Program-made: the position numbers and the translations under genes
Assembly: GCA_963717505.1 (NCBI GenBank)
Contig: OY970342.1
Span: forward strand, 1,632,001 to 1,696,000
Reading direction: 5' to 3'
DNA: 64,000 nt
Source: Candidatus Eiseniibacteriota bacterium
Lineage (GTDB): Bacteria > Eisenbacteria > RBG-16-71-46
Shown here: one piece after another, positions 1-8,799 of the stretch
Layout of the letters: each line of letters starts with the position of its first letter
Position numbering within the stretch: position 1 is the stretch's first letter
Notes under the pieces: generated by a model
Told to the model about the DNA's origin: nothing
Seen by the model: only the letters and a program-made list of their open reading frames with translations
Databases searched by the model: none

Positions 1-6
1 GAGGCC

Positions 7-705
7 ATGGGAACCGCCCAAACCCGGAGCGATGGCGCTCCGGCGCCGATCACCTTCGCGTTCGTTCGCGAACATCCCAGGGTCAAGATCTACGTGCGCA
101 AGGCCGACGAGGCCCTGGCCGAGATCGGCTACACCGAACATGGCGAGCGGCACGTCGGCCTGGTGGCGCACATCGCCTACAACACGCTCAAGCGGCTCGG
201 CCATCCCGAGCGCGAGGCGGAGCTGGCGGCGATCGCCGGGTACCTGCACGACGTCGGCAATCTGGTGAACCGCGAGAATCACGCGCAGATCGGCGCGGTG
301 ATGGCGATGCAGCTCCTGGGCGACATGGGAATGTCCGATCCCGAAATCGTCCAGATCATGGGTGCGATCGGCAATCATCACGAAAACGACGGCGATCCGG
401 TGAGCCCGGTCGCGGCGGCGCTCATCCTCGCCGACAAGAGCGACGTCCACCGGACCCGGGTGCGCAACCCGGACATGATCAAGTTCGACATTCACGACCG
501 CGTGAACTACGCGGTCGAGAAGAGCTTCCTCAACGTCAACGAGAACGAAAAGCTCGTGACCCTGGAGCTCACGATCGACACCGCCATTTCCCAGGTCATG
601 GAGTACTTCGAGATCTTCATGACCCGGATGCTCGCGGCCCGCAAGGCGGCGTTGTACCTGGGGACGACGTTCGGTCTCTCGGTCAACGGCAACCGCCTGA
701 CCTGA
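7..705 (+). CDS. HD-domain metal-dependent phosphohydrolase
   Basis: H...HD...D pattern (EHGERH, LHDVGN, NHH, LADKSD); codon usage typical of the window. Confidence 0.85.
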   Translation: MGTAQTRSDGAPAPITFAFVREHPRVKIYVRKADEALAEIGYTEHGERHVGLVAHIAYNTLKRLGHPEREAELAAIAGYLHDVGNLVNRENHAQIGAVMAMQLLGDMGMSDPEIVQIMGAIGNHHENDGDPVSPVAAALILADKSDVHRTRVRNPDMIKFDIHDRVNYAVEKSFLNVNENEKLVTLELTIDTAISQVMEYFEIFMTRMLAARKAALYLGTTFGLSVNGNRLT

Positions 706-722
706 AGCAAGGAGGAGAACCC

Positions 723-2168
723 GTGACACGCCACTCGCTCGCCGCGGCGCTCGCCGCCTTGGGCATTCTGGGTTTCGCTGCTTCGGCGCACGCGCGCAAT
801 CCGCACTGCGCCGGCGGAATTCAGTACGTCGTCCAGGGCATCCGCGACAAGGATCGCGGCAACATGGAGGACTATCAGCGCCAGATGTCCAAGGCGATCC
901 AGCAGCTCGAAATGTGCTCGAGCGAGGACCCCCAGGACTTCGAGGCGATCGGCTACCTGGGCTGGGCCTACGCCGAAGTCGACAGCATGTGCGCGGCCGG
1001 GAAGGCCTTCCAGATCGCGATCGACGGCCTTCAGACCAAGGGCGACAAGAAGAAGGTCGAGATGGCGACCACCAATCGCGAGTCTTACTGGGCGACCAGC
1101 TTCAACAAGGGCATCGAGGCGATCAACGCGGCCCAGGCGGCTTATCCGAACTACATCGCGGAGCCGCAAAACGAGGCCGACAAGGCGTTGCGCGCCGAGG
1201 CCGGTAAGAAGTACTCGGAGGCCGAGAGCCAACTGAAGCGCGCGCTCTGCCTCAAGCCCACCGATGCGCGCACGCTGCGCAACCTGGGCTCGGTGTATGC
1301 GTTCATGGGTCAATGGGACCAGGCGGAGAAGTGCTTCAGCGAGGGGCTCAAGGTGGCTCCGAACGACGCCGACCTCAAGGCGGCCACCGCGTCGGTCCGC
1401 GCGAGCAAAGCCGGCGGTATGGTCGACGCGGGCAAGTACGACGAAGCCATCGCCTACTATGGCACCCTGACCCAGGCGGACCCGAAGAACCCGGATCTGT
1501 TCCTCGGACTGGGCGAGGCGCATTTCAAGAAGGCCCAGGCGCTGCAGGGCGATGCCCGCAAGCCGGAGTACAAGCTGGCGGGCGACGGCTACGCCAAGGC
1601 CGGCATGCTCAAGGCCGACAACGCCGACCTGCCGTTCAATGCCGCGCTCGCGTACCAGAACGCCGGCGAGTTCGCGCTGGCCGAAGCGCAGTGGCGGCGC
1701 GCGCTGGCGTTGCGCCCTGACGACAACGATGCCAAGTCGGCGCTCGGGTCGACGCTCGCCGAACTCAAGAAGTTCGACGAAGCCGTTCAGGTCCTGCACA
1801 GCGCCGTGGTCTCCGATCCCAAGAACAAGTCGTTGCACCGCCAGCTCGGCGCCGTCTATACCAAGGCCGGAATGAACGTGAAGGGGACCGAGGAGTTGAT
1901 GGTGTTCCTCGCGCTCCAGAACGGAACCGCAGCCGGCGACGCGGGTGCTCGCGCCAAGGAGGCCCCGGCCGGCAGCGACGCGGCCAAGGCCCTGGCGTCG
2001 ATGGGCGCTCCGGACCAGGTCAACCGCTGGGAAGCAGACGGCGCGAACTACGACACCTGGTTCTACTGGGAGAAGCGGCAGGCCCTGCACTTCGCCGCCG
2101 ATGGCCGGCAGGCGCAGAAATCCGATTGGACCGCGCCCGCCCTCAAGTCCACCGCGGGTAAGAAGTAG
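723..2168 (+). CDS. Exported tetratricopeptide-repeat protein
   Basis: RBS AGGAG upstream of GTG; signal peptide ending AHA; multiple TPRs (LRNLGSVYAFMGQWDQAEKCF, FNAALAYQNAGEFALA); C-terminal GAPD..DTWFYW small domain. Confidence 0.85.
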   Translation: MTRHSLAAALAALGILGFAASAHARNPHCAGGIQYVVQGIRDKDRGNMEDYQRQMSKAIQQLEMCSSEDPQDFEAIGYLGWAYAEVDSMCAAGKAFQIAIDGLQTKGDKKKVEMATTNRESYWATSFNKGIEAINAAQAAYPNYIAEPQNEADKALRAEAGKKYSEAESQLKRALCLKPTDARTLRNLGSVYAFMGQWDQAEKCFSEGLKVAPNDADLKAATASVRASKAGGMVDAGKYDEAIAYYGTLTQADPKNPDLFLGLGEAHFKKAQALQGDARKPEYKLAGDGYAKAGMLKADNADLPFNAALAYQNAGEFALAEAQWRRALALRPDDNDAKSALGSTLAELKKFDEAVQVLHSAVVSDPKNKSLHRQLGAVYTKAGMNVKGTEELMVFLALQNGTAAGDAGARAKEAPAGSDAAKALASMGAPDQVNRWEADGANYDTWFYWEKRQALHFAADGRQAQKSDWTAPALKSTAGKK

Positions 2169-2178
2169 AGCGTTCCTG

Positions 2179-3135
2179 ATGACGATCGCCGGCGACCGAC
2201 CGATCGCGGCGATCGTCGGCTACGGCAACCAGGGCGGTCCACAGGCGCGCATGTTGCGGCGCGCCGGCCTGCATGTGGTGGTCGGCGCGCGCCCGGGCGG
2301 CGAATCCGAGCGTCGCGCTCGCATGGACGAGTTCCCGGTATCGGCGCCGAGTGCTGCCGTCGCCGACGCCTCGATGATCGGCATGTTGGTGCCCGACGAG
2401 GCGGTGCCCGAACTGTGGTCCGAGATCTCGGGTGCGGTGCGCGACCGATCGACGATCGTATTCGCCCATGGGTTCAGCCTGCTCTACGGCGAGCTTTCGT
2501 TCGCCGGCACACTCGACGTGGTGCTGGTTTCGCCGGCCGGACCGGGACGGCTGCTGGAGCCCGGTCCCGGGCGCGAGCCGCTCGCGGCTTACCTGGCGGT
2601 TCATCAGGATCGCACCGGGTCCGCATGGTCGAGCGCCGAGTCGTGGGCCGGCTGGCTCGGGTGTTCGCCCTGGTGGCGAACCACGGTGGCCGAGGAGACC
2701 GAGGTCGATCTCTTCGGGGAGCAGGTGGTGCTGTGCGGTGGGATGAACGCGCTGGTGCGGGCCGCGTTCGAGACGCTGGTCGAGCGCGGCTACGCCCCCG
2801 AGATCGCTTACCTCGAGTGCGTCCACCAGCTCAAGCACCTGGCGGACCTGCTCCACGAGCGCGGGATCACGGGACTGAGGCGGTCGATCAGCGGGACGGC
2901 CCTGTTCGGCGACCTGACCCGCGGCGAGCGGGTGATCGGTTCCGAGAGCCGGGCGGCCATGGCCTCGATTCTCGAGGAAATCCGGCGCGGGGCCTTCGCC
3001 CGGGAGTGGCGGGCCGAGGTCGCCTCCGGCCGGCCAACCCTGGTGGCGGGGCTCCGGGAAGGGGCCCGGCAGCCGATCGAATTGGCGCGCCGCCGGGCCC
3101 TGGGGATCCCGGAGCCGCCGGCCGAATCCTCCTGA
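2179..3135 (+). CDS. ilvC: Ketol-acid reductoisomerase-like protein (divergent)
   Basis: GYGNQG Rossmann motif, AHGF, EETEVDLFGEQVVLCGG, GYAPEIAYLEC; start taken at ATG 2179 of ORF 1945..3135. Confidence 0.85.
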   Translation: MTIAGDRPIAAIVGYGNQGGPQARMLRRAGLHVVVGARPGGESERRARMDEFPVSAPSAAVADASMIGMLVPDEAVPELWSEISGAVRDRSTIVFAHGFSLLYGELSFAGTLDVVLVSPAGPGRLLEPGPGREPLAAYLAVHQDRTGSAWSSAESWAGWLGCSPWWRTTVAEETEVDLFGEQVVLCGGMNALVRAAFETLVERGYAPEIAYLECVHQLKHLADLLHERGITGLRRSISGTALFGDLTRGERVIGSESRAAMASILEEIRRGAFAREWRAEVASGRPTLVAGLREGARQPIELARRRALGIPEPPAESS

Positions 3136-3163
3136 ATCGCGCAACGCCTTGTCCAAAAACTGA

Positions 3164-3193
3164 TTGACAGGTTTTTCGGCCCCTTGTTAGCCT
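3164..3193 (+). promoter_or_regulatory. sigma70-type promoter for hup
   Basis: TTGACA (3164-3169), 18-nt spacer, TGn-TAGCCT (3188-3193); A-tract upstream. Confidence 0.65.
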
Positions 3194-3254
3194 CCCCCCG
3201 AGTCCAGTTCCGTCACGCGCGAGGGCCGACCCGGCCCGAAGGAGCGAACCGAAG

Positions 3255-3533
3255 ATGACCAAGGCCGATATCGTCGATCAGATTGCCGAGCGCACCGGGC
3301 TCACCAAGAAGGATGTCGCCGAGACGGTGGACCGGTTTCTCGAGGCCGTTGCCAAGGCCTTGGCGAATGGACATCACATCGAGATCCGCGGCTTCGGAAC
3401 ATTCCGGGTGAAGGACCGCAAGTCGCGCATCGCGCGTAACCCGAGGACGGGTGAGGCGGTACCGGTTCCGCCGCGCAAGGTGCCGGTCTTCAAGGTGTCG
3501 AAAGAACTGAAGGACATGGTCGCCCAGAGCTAA
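3255..3533 (+). CDS. hup: DNA-binding protein HU
   Basis: MTKADIV...IRGFGTF...RNPRTGE..VP.RKVPVFK; RBS GGAG. Confidence 0.95.
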   Translation: MTKADIVDQIAERTGLTKKDVAETVDRFLEAVAKALANGHHIEIRGFGTFRVKDRKSRIARNPRTGEAVPVPPRKVPVFKVSKELKDMVAQS

Positions 3534-3630
3534 ACATCGCGCGACCGGGGTAGCGAGGGATCGCCGCTGAGAATCGGGCTGCTCCGGGGCGAGGAATCGA
3601 GCTGCCTTAGGCGAGGAACCGAGCCGCTGG

Positions 3631-3664
3631 AAAAATCAATCGGGCAGGCGAACCGCCTGCCCGA
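3631..3664 (-). terminator. Rho-independent terminator of the zinc peptidase gene
   Basis: 11-bp stem TCGGGCAGGCG/CGCCTGCCCGA (3640-3664) followed on the minus strand by TTGATTTTT. Confidence 0.7.
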
Positions 3665-3692
3665 GAATCGTTTCCGGCGAAACCCGCGACTG

Positions 3693-4385
3693 CTAGTCGC
3701 GGCTGTTGCGCAACAGGACCATGCGCAGCAGGTGCAGGGCCGCCACCGCCGCCGCCGCCACGTAGGTCAGTGCCGCCGCGTCGAGTACCTGCTTGGCCCC
3801 GGCCACTTCCTGCGGTGCGATCGCCCCCGATTCGGTGAGCTGAGCCAGAGCTCGTTTCGAAGCGTCGAACTCGACCGGCAGAGTGACCAGGTGGAACAGG
3901 ACTGCGCCCGAGAAGAACAGAATCGCGATGTCCATCAGGATGCGCGCCGTTCCGCCGCCGACCAGGAACCCGATGAAGAACAGCGGGAATGCCAGCATGC
4001 TGCCGAAGCCGGCGACCGGTGCCACTGCCGAGCGAATCGCAAGCGGCGCGTAGCCTTGCGCGTGCTGCAGTACGTGACCGACCTCGTGCGCGCCGACCGC
4101 GATCGCCGCGATCGAAGGCTCGCGATAGTTGTGGTGGGACAGGCGCACTTTCTTGACCCGAGGGTCGTAGTGGTCGCTGAGAACCCCGCCAACTTCCTCG
4201 ATGGTGACGTCCTGGACGCCGTTCCGGGTCATGATCGCCTGCGCCATCTCGCGCCCGGTCCGACCGGACGCCGCGCGCACGCGGGACCACTTGTTGTAGG
4301 TGTGCTGCACCTTCCACTGGGCCCACATCGCGAAGATCATGGCCGGGATCAGGATGATCATCGTCGGGTCGAAGAAGAATGGCAT
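3693..4385 (-). CDS. Putative neutral zinc metallopeptidase (YugP/Zn_peptidase_2 family), membrane protein
   Basis: LSDHYDP, AHEVGHVLQH, TLPVEFDASKRA, AAALTYVAAA. Confidence 0.93.
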   Translation of the reverse strand: MPFFFDPTMIILIPAMIFAMWAQWKVQHTYNKWSRVRAASGRTGREMAQAIMTRNGVQDVTIEEVGGVLSDHYDPRVKKVRLSHHNYREPSIAAIAVGAHEVGHVLQHAQGYAPLAIRSAVAPVAGFGSMLAFPLFFIGFLVGGGTARILMDIAILFFSGAVLFHLVTLPVEFDASKRALAQLTESGAIAPQEVAGAKQVLDAAALTYVAAAAVAALHLLRMVLLRNSRD

Positions 4386-4613
4386 CTGAACTCACGCTCC
4401 TCTTGGGTTGCCCGCACGGCGGGCGGGCGCTGGACCGCCTACCGAACCGGGCCCCTTGGATGACGGTTCCGGGCTCGTCGGTTCAGCGGGGTGCCGCTGG
4501 GCCGTCAGCGTGGGCTAAACTCGGTGCGACTTCAAGCCCTCGACCGCCGCGGGTCACGACCCAGTCAAGACCGTTCGGCGGCGTGTGAACCCCAGTCCAA
4601 ACGGAGTGCTTCC

Positions 4614-5672
4614 ATGACGCTCGACCCCGTGGACCTGCGCAGCGATACCGTGACCCGTCCGACCGTCGACATGCGGCAGGCGATCGCCCGCGCCGTCGTG
4701 GGCGACGATGTCTTCAATGACGATCCCACGGTGCACGAGCTGCAGGCGAGGATCGCGACACTGACCGACAAGGAAGCCGCGCTCTACGTGCCGAGCGGCA
4801 CCATGGGAAACCAGCTCGCGATCGCGTGTTTGACTCGCCCCGGCGACGAAGTCCTGCTCGAAGCCATGTCGCACATCTACCTCTACGAATCGGGCGGACT
4901 CGGGGCCAACTCGGGATGCCTCGCGCACCCGGTCGCGACCCCGCGTGGTGTCCTCGAGCCGGAGTCGATCACCGAAGCGTTGCGCAACGAAGACGACCAT
5001 GTCGCTCGCGTGTCGCTCGTGTGCCTGGAGAACACGCACAACCGCCACGGCGGCTCGATCTGGCCGCTCGAATCACTCGCGGCGATCTCGACGACCGCGC
5101 GCCAGCACGGACTCGCCGTCCATCTCGATGGCGCGCGATTGTGGAACGCCGCGGTCGCCACCGGAATCCCGATCCGCACGTGGGCGTCGCACGCCGACAC
5201 CGTGACCATGTGTTTCTCCAAGGGTCTCGGAGCACCAGTCGGCTCGATTCTCTCGGGGCCTACCGAGCTGATTCGTCGCGCGCGCCGTGTGCGTAAGCGT
5301 TGGGGCGGTGGCATGCGGCAGGTCGGGATTCTGGCTGCGGCCTGCCTCCACGCGCTCGACCATCATGTCGATCGGCTGGCCGACGACCACCGACGTGCCA
5401 AGACCCTGGCCGCTGCGATTCGCGAGCTTCCCGGCCTGTCGGTGGTCGAGCCTGAGACCAACATCGTGTTCGTGAACCTCGAGCATGCGGCACTCGAACG
5501 CCAGGCGATGATCGAAGGGTTGGCGGCGCGCGGCATTCGACTTTCGGCGTACGGCCCGCGCCTGCTGCGCATGATCACGCACTTGGATGTCGACGACGCC
5601 GGCATCGCGCGGACGATCGCGGCGTTCACCGCGATCGTCGAAGAGAAGGTCGGGGCCGCCGCGCGCGGGTAG
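4614..5672 (+). CDS. ltaE: Low-specificity L-threonine aldolase
   Basis: [42 protein letters not shown] (PLP Lys), GGGMRQ. Confidence 0.93.
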   Translation: MTLDPVDLRSDTVTRPTVDMRQAIARAVVGDDVFNDDPTVHELQARIATLTDKEAALYVPSGTMGNQLAIACLTRPGDEVLLEAMSHIYLYESGGLGANSGCLAHPVATPRGVLEPESITEALRNEDDHVARVSLVCLENTHNRHGGSIWPLESLAAISTTARQHGLAVHLDGARLWNAAVATGIPIRTWASHADTVTMCFSKGLGAPVGSILSGPTELIRRARRVRKRWGGGMRQVGILAAACLHALDHHVDRLADDHRRAKTLAAAIRELPGLSVVEPETNIVFVNLEHAALERQAMIEGLAARGIRLSAYGPRLLRMITHLDVDDAGIARTIAAFTAIVEEKVGAAARG

Positions 5673-5687
5673 GCGGTCATTGCTCCT

Positions 5688-6356
5688 TTAGTGGCAGACG
5701 GTGTTGGCGGCGCTGACCTGCGAGTCGCCGGCGATCGACACGTCCAGCAGCTTCGCGAGGTCGACCGGTGTCACCGTGCCCGAGCAATCGTAGTCGGCGC
5801 GTGACCAGTACTGGGGTGCGAATGAGTCCTCGAGCCAGCGGGACATGTCGGGCGGCGCCACCCCCTGGCCACCGTCGAGATCGAACGCACCAACCACGAT
5901 CGGCGGATGACTCGAATAGGCGAAGCTGATGCCGTCGGCGTAGATCACCGGCGGGCATGCGGGTCGAGCCGGCGAGGCCGTCGAGTATCCGACCAGCGAG
6001 AGCCGCAGGACACCGTCATGGGCGATCGCCGTCACCTGACAGCCGTCGGCGCTGACGCCGACGATGTCGACATCGGGCTGCGAGGCGGGGAGGCAAAACC
6101 CCTGCGCTCCGGCGCAGGCGCAGAAGTCGATCGACACCGTGCAGCCGTACACCGGAGTGCCGACCAGGTCGCGGAGCACGATCGTGAATTCGCCGCGAGG
6201 ATCGGCAACGCCGTCGCGCGTGCCCACGAGATTGATGCCGCAGGGAACGTCGGAGTTCTCGGGGCTCGGGAGTTTGGCGGGATCCGCATGCACAACAGCG
6301 GGCCATGCCGCGATGAGTATGGCCACGATCCAGGATCGGATACGAGCAAGATTCAT
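5688..6356 (-). CDS. Secreted Cys-rich protein with dockerin/EF-hand-like C-terminus (paralog 2)
   Basis: RBS GGGAG before ATG 6356; signal peptide; C-terminal FDLDGGQGVAPPD..ADYDCSGTVTPVDL; clearly homologous to 6486..7148. Confidence 0.75.
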   Translation of the reverse strand: MNLARIRSWIVAILIAAWPAVVHADPAKLPSPENSDVPCGINLVGTRDGVADPRGEFTIVLRDLVGTPVYGCTVSIDFCACAGAQGFCLPASQPDVDIVGVSADGCQVTAIAHDGVLRLSLVGYSTASPARPACPPVIYADGISFAYSSHPPIVVGAFDLDGGQGVAPPDMSRWLEDSFAPQYWSRADYDCSGTVTPVDLAKLLDVSIAGDSQVSAANTVCH

Positions 6357-6485
6357 GATGCGATCTCCCGGTGACGCCACCACGTTAGGGTTTCCTCGAG
6401 ACCACTGGCCCCGGGGCCAGTGGGTGTGAGTTGTTTCCGAAAATGGGACGAGCACATGCAACCGTGAGATCCGTTTCTCTTCTGA

Positions 6486-7148
6486 CTAGTGACAGTATGA
6501 TCCGGTTGCGCTCGACAGAGAACCTCCACCGAGTGAAACGTCGAGCAACTTCGCCAGGTCGGGCGGGGACACCGTGCGCGAGCAGTCGTAGTCAGCCCGA
6601 GCGTGATACTCCGAAGCGAAGGAGTCGTCGAGCCAGTGCGAGATGTCGGGCGGAGCGACGCCCTGTGCGCCGTCGAGATCGAACGCGCCGACAATGATCG
6701 GGGGACGATCGATCACGAAGTTGGCCCCGTCACCGTAGATCTTTGGGGGGCAATAGGGACTGGCTGGCCCGGCAAAGGCGTGCCCAACCAGCGACAGTCG
6801 CAGAGTGCCGGAACCGTCCGTTGTCCCTCTTACCCGACAGCCATCCGGGCTGACCTCAACCACGTCGGGATCCGGCTGGTCATCTCCCAGGCAGAATCCC
6901 GTGGAGCCCACACAGTCACAGAAATCGATCACGATCTCCGAACCGGCGATCGGATTCTGCGCCAGGTCGCGCGAGACGATGGTGAACTCACCTCGCGGGT
7001 CGGGGACGCCCCCCCGAATGCCGACGAGATTGATGCCGCAAGGAACTTGGGAATCGTCGGGGCTCGGGAGTCCGGCGAGGACCGGGGTGGCGGGGACGAT
7101 TGCGATCAGGCCACAAAGAAACCAGGAGATGGGTCGACGGGATGACAT
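6486..7148 (-). CDS. Secreted Cys-rich protein with dockerin/EF-hand-like C-terminus (paralog 1)
   Basis: RBS GGAGG before ATG 7148; signal peptide ending VLA; LPSP..S.VPCGINLVG; FDLDGAQGVAPPD..ADYDCSRTVSPPDL. Confidence 0.75.
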   Translation of the reverse strand: MSSRRPISWFLCGLIAIVPATPVLAGLPSPDDSQVPCGINLVGIRGGVPDPRGEFTIVSRDLAQNPIAGSEIVIDFCDCVGSTGFCLGDDQPDPDVVEVSPDGCRVRGTTDGSGTLRLSLVGHAFAGPASPYCPPKIYGDGANFVIDRPPIIVGAFDLDGAQGVAPPDISHWLDDSFASEYHARADYDCSRTVSPPDLAKLLDVSLGGGSLSSATGSYCH

Positions 7149-7338
7149 CGGCTGCCTCCATGCGGAACTCGGGGGCAGCGACCCCTCTGGACGAATCATC
7201 CATACCCTCACCACCGGCCCCGGTTCGGTGTATTTCAGTTTTAGGGCCGCAGCGATCGTTGTTGCTGGCCGCGTCCCCATGCTAGCGTCGAGCCCCTTTG
7301 GCGGCCTTGGGCCGGCTAGGCCCGCTCCTTGAGGCGGC

Positions 7339-8073
7339 GTGACTCACGTCCAACCCACCCGCGATCGTGACCGGCACGCGGGAACCTTGTTCCTGGTGGC
7401 CACTCCGATCGGCAATCTCGACGACATCACCCCGCGAGCGCTGCGGGTTCTCGGCGAAGCGGACCTGATCGCCGCCGAGGACACTCGCCATACCCGCCGA
7501 TTGCTCGATCACTTCGGCATCAGCACGAGGCTCGTGAGCTTGTTCGAGCACAACGAGCGCGCACGAACCCGCGAGCTGGTCGATCGCTTGGAGCAGGGCG
7601 AGGACGTCGCGGTGGTCACCGACGCGGGTTCGCCCGGCATCAGCGACCCCGGGTTTCCGGTGGTGCGCGCAGCAGTTGCCGCAGGGCTCAGGGTCGAGAG
7701 CATCCCCGGACCGAGCGCCGTGATCGCCGCACTCCAGGTCAGCGGCCTGCCGACCGACGCATTCACGTTCATCGGTTTCCTGCCACCCAAGTCGGCGGCC
7801 CGGCGCAAGCGGCTGGAGGATCTCGCCGATCGCCGCGAGACGCTGGTGGCGTTCGAGTCTCCGCACCGCATCGACGCGAGTCTCGCGGATCTCGCCGAGG
7901 TGTGGGGCGAGCGGCCGGTGGCGCTGGCGCGCGAGTTGACCAAGTTGCACGAGCAGGTGCTGCGCGGAACGGCGTCCGAGATTCGCGCGGCATTGGCGCC
8001 GGGGCAGCGACGCGGCGAGATCGTGCTGGTGCTCGGCGGCAGCGTGCGACGCCGGTCGGGTCCGCCCACATGA
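7339..8073 (+). CDS. rsmI: 16S rRNA (cytidine1402-2'-O)-methyltransferase
   Basis: LFLVATPIGNLDDIT.RA, AEDTR, DAGSPGISDPG, FESPHR, ARELTKLHE. Confidence 0.96.
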   Translation: MTHVQPTRDRDRHAGTLFLVATPIGNLDDITPRALRVLGEADLIAAEDTRHTRRLLDHFGISTRLVSLFEHNERARTRELVDRLEQGEDVAVVTDAGSPGISDPGFPVVRAAVAAGLRVESIPGPSAVIAALQVSGLPTDAFTFIGFLPPKSAARRKRLEDLADRRETLVAFESPHRIDASLADLAEVWGERPVALARELTKLHEQVLRGTASEIRAALAPGQRRGEIVLVLGGSVRRRSGPPT

Positions 8074-8786
8074 GCCCGGGGAGCGCAAAGGTGGCGCAGA
8101 TCGGGACCCTCGGGCACCTGAAGGACGGCGCCAAGCGGCTGGCGCACGCCGCCGTCGACCCGCTGGTCACGCTGTGCGTGCGCGCCGGAATCGGCCCCGA
8201 CGCCCTGACCGTCATCGGGACGTTGATCAGCGCCGGCGCCGGGCTCGCGTTCCTCGACGGCAACTTCCGGTTGGGCTCGCTGCTGCTGTTGTCAGGCGGG
8301 TTGTGCGATTTGCTCGACGGTCAGGTTGCGCGCCGCCAGGGAATCTCGACGCGGTTCGGCGCATTCCTCGACTCGACCCTCGACCGACTCTCCGAATCCC
8401 TGGTGCTGGTCGGGATCAGCGGGTTCTACGTCAACGGACTGCTCGAGCGGGTGTACGACCCGGAACGCGTGATCGCCGAGCTGGGCCGGGGCCAGGAACC
8501 TTTGACCTGGGCGGTGCTCGCGCTCACCGGGATGATGGCGCTCGTCGGATCGTTCATGGTGTCCTACACTCGCGCCCGCGCCGAGGGGTTGGGGCTGGAG
8601 TGCCGGGTGGGCTGGTTCGAGCGGCCCGAGCGTTTGGTGCTCGTCCTGATCGCTGGATTGTTTGGAATCGGGCCGGCGATGCCGGCCGCGTTGCTGATCT
8701 TGACCGTGCTGTCGTTCGCCACCGCTGCTCAGCGCGTGGTGCACGTCTGGAAACATACTCGGGCGGACGGAACGCCCGGAGCCTAG
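8070..8786 (+). CDS. CDP-alcohol phosphatidyltransferase, phosphatidylinositol-phosphate synthase-like
   Basis: DLLDGQVAR...[11 protein letters not shown] signature; [19 protein letters not shown]; ATGA overlap with rsmI; directly upstream of ino1. Confidence 0.85.
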   Translation: MSPGSAKVAQIGTLGHLKDGAKRLAHAAVDPLVTLCVRAGIGPDALTVIGTLISAGAGLAFLDGNFRLGSLLLLSGGLCDLLDGQVARRQGISTRFGAFLDSTLDRLSESLVLVGISGFYVNGLLERVYDPERVIAELGRGQEPLTWAVLALTGMMALVGSFMVSYTRARAEGLGLECRVGWFERPERLVLVLIAGLFGIGPAMPAALLILTVLSFATAAQRVVHVWKHTRADGTPGA

Positions 8787-8799
8787 GAGGACGCGTTTC

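Noticed and set aside
3566-3670. Possible mini-CRISPR
   Set aside because: Repeats are degenerate and nearly adjacent, with no spacer-length unique sequence and no cas genes.
4386-4613. Possible ncRNA (6S/SRP/riboswitch) in the divergent intergenic region
   Set aside because: No SRP GGAA/AGCAG motif, no recognisable riboswitch consensus and no long 6S-like duplex. It is explained by divergent promoters (TAAACT at 4516).
6430-6460. GAAAATGGGACG resembling a c-di-GMP-I riboswitch fragment
   Set aside because: Wrong strand for the downstream gene, and it lacks the GCAAA and P2 elements.
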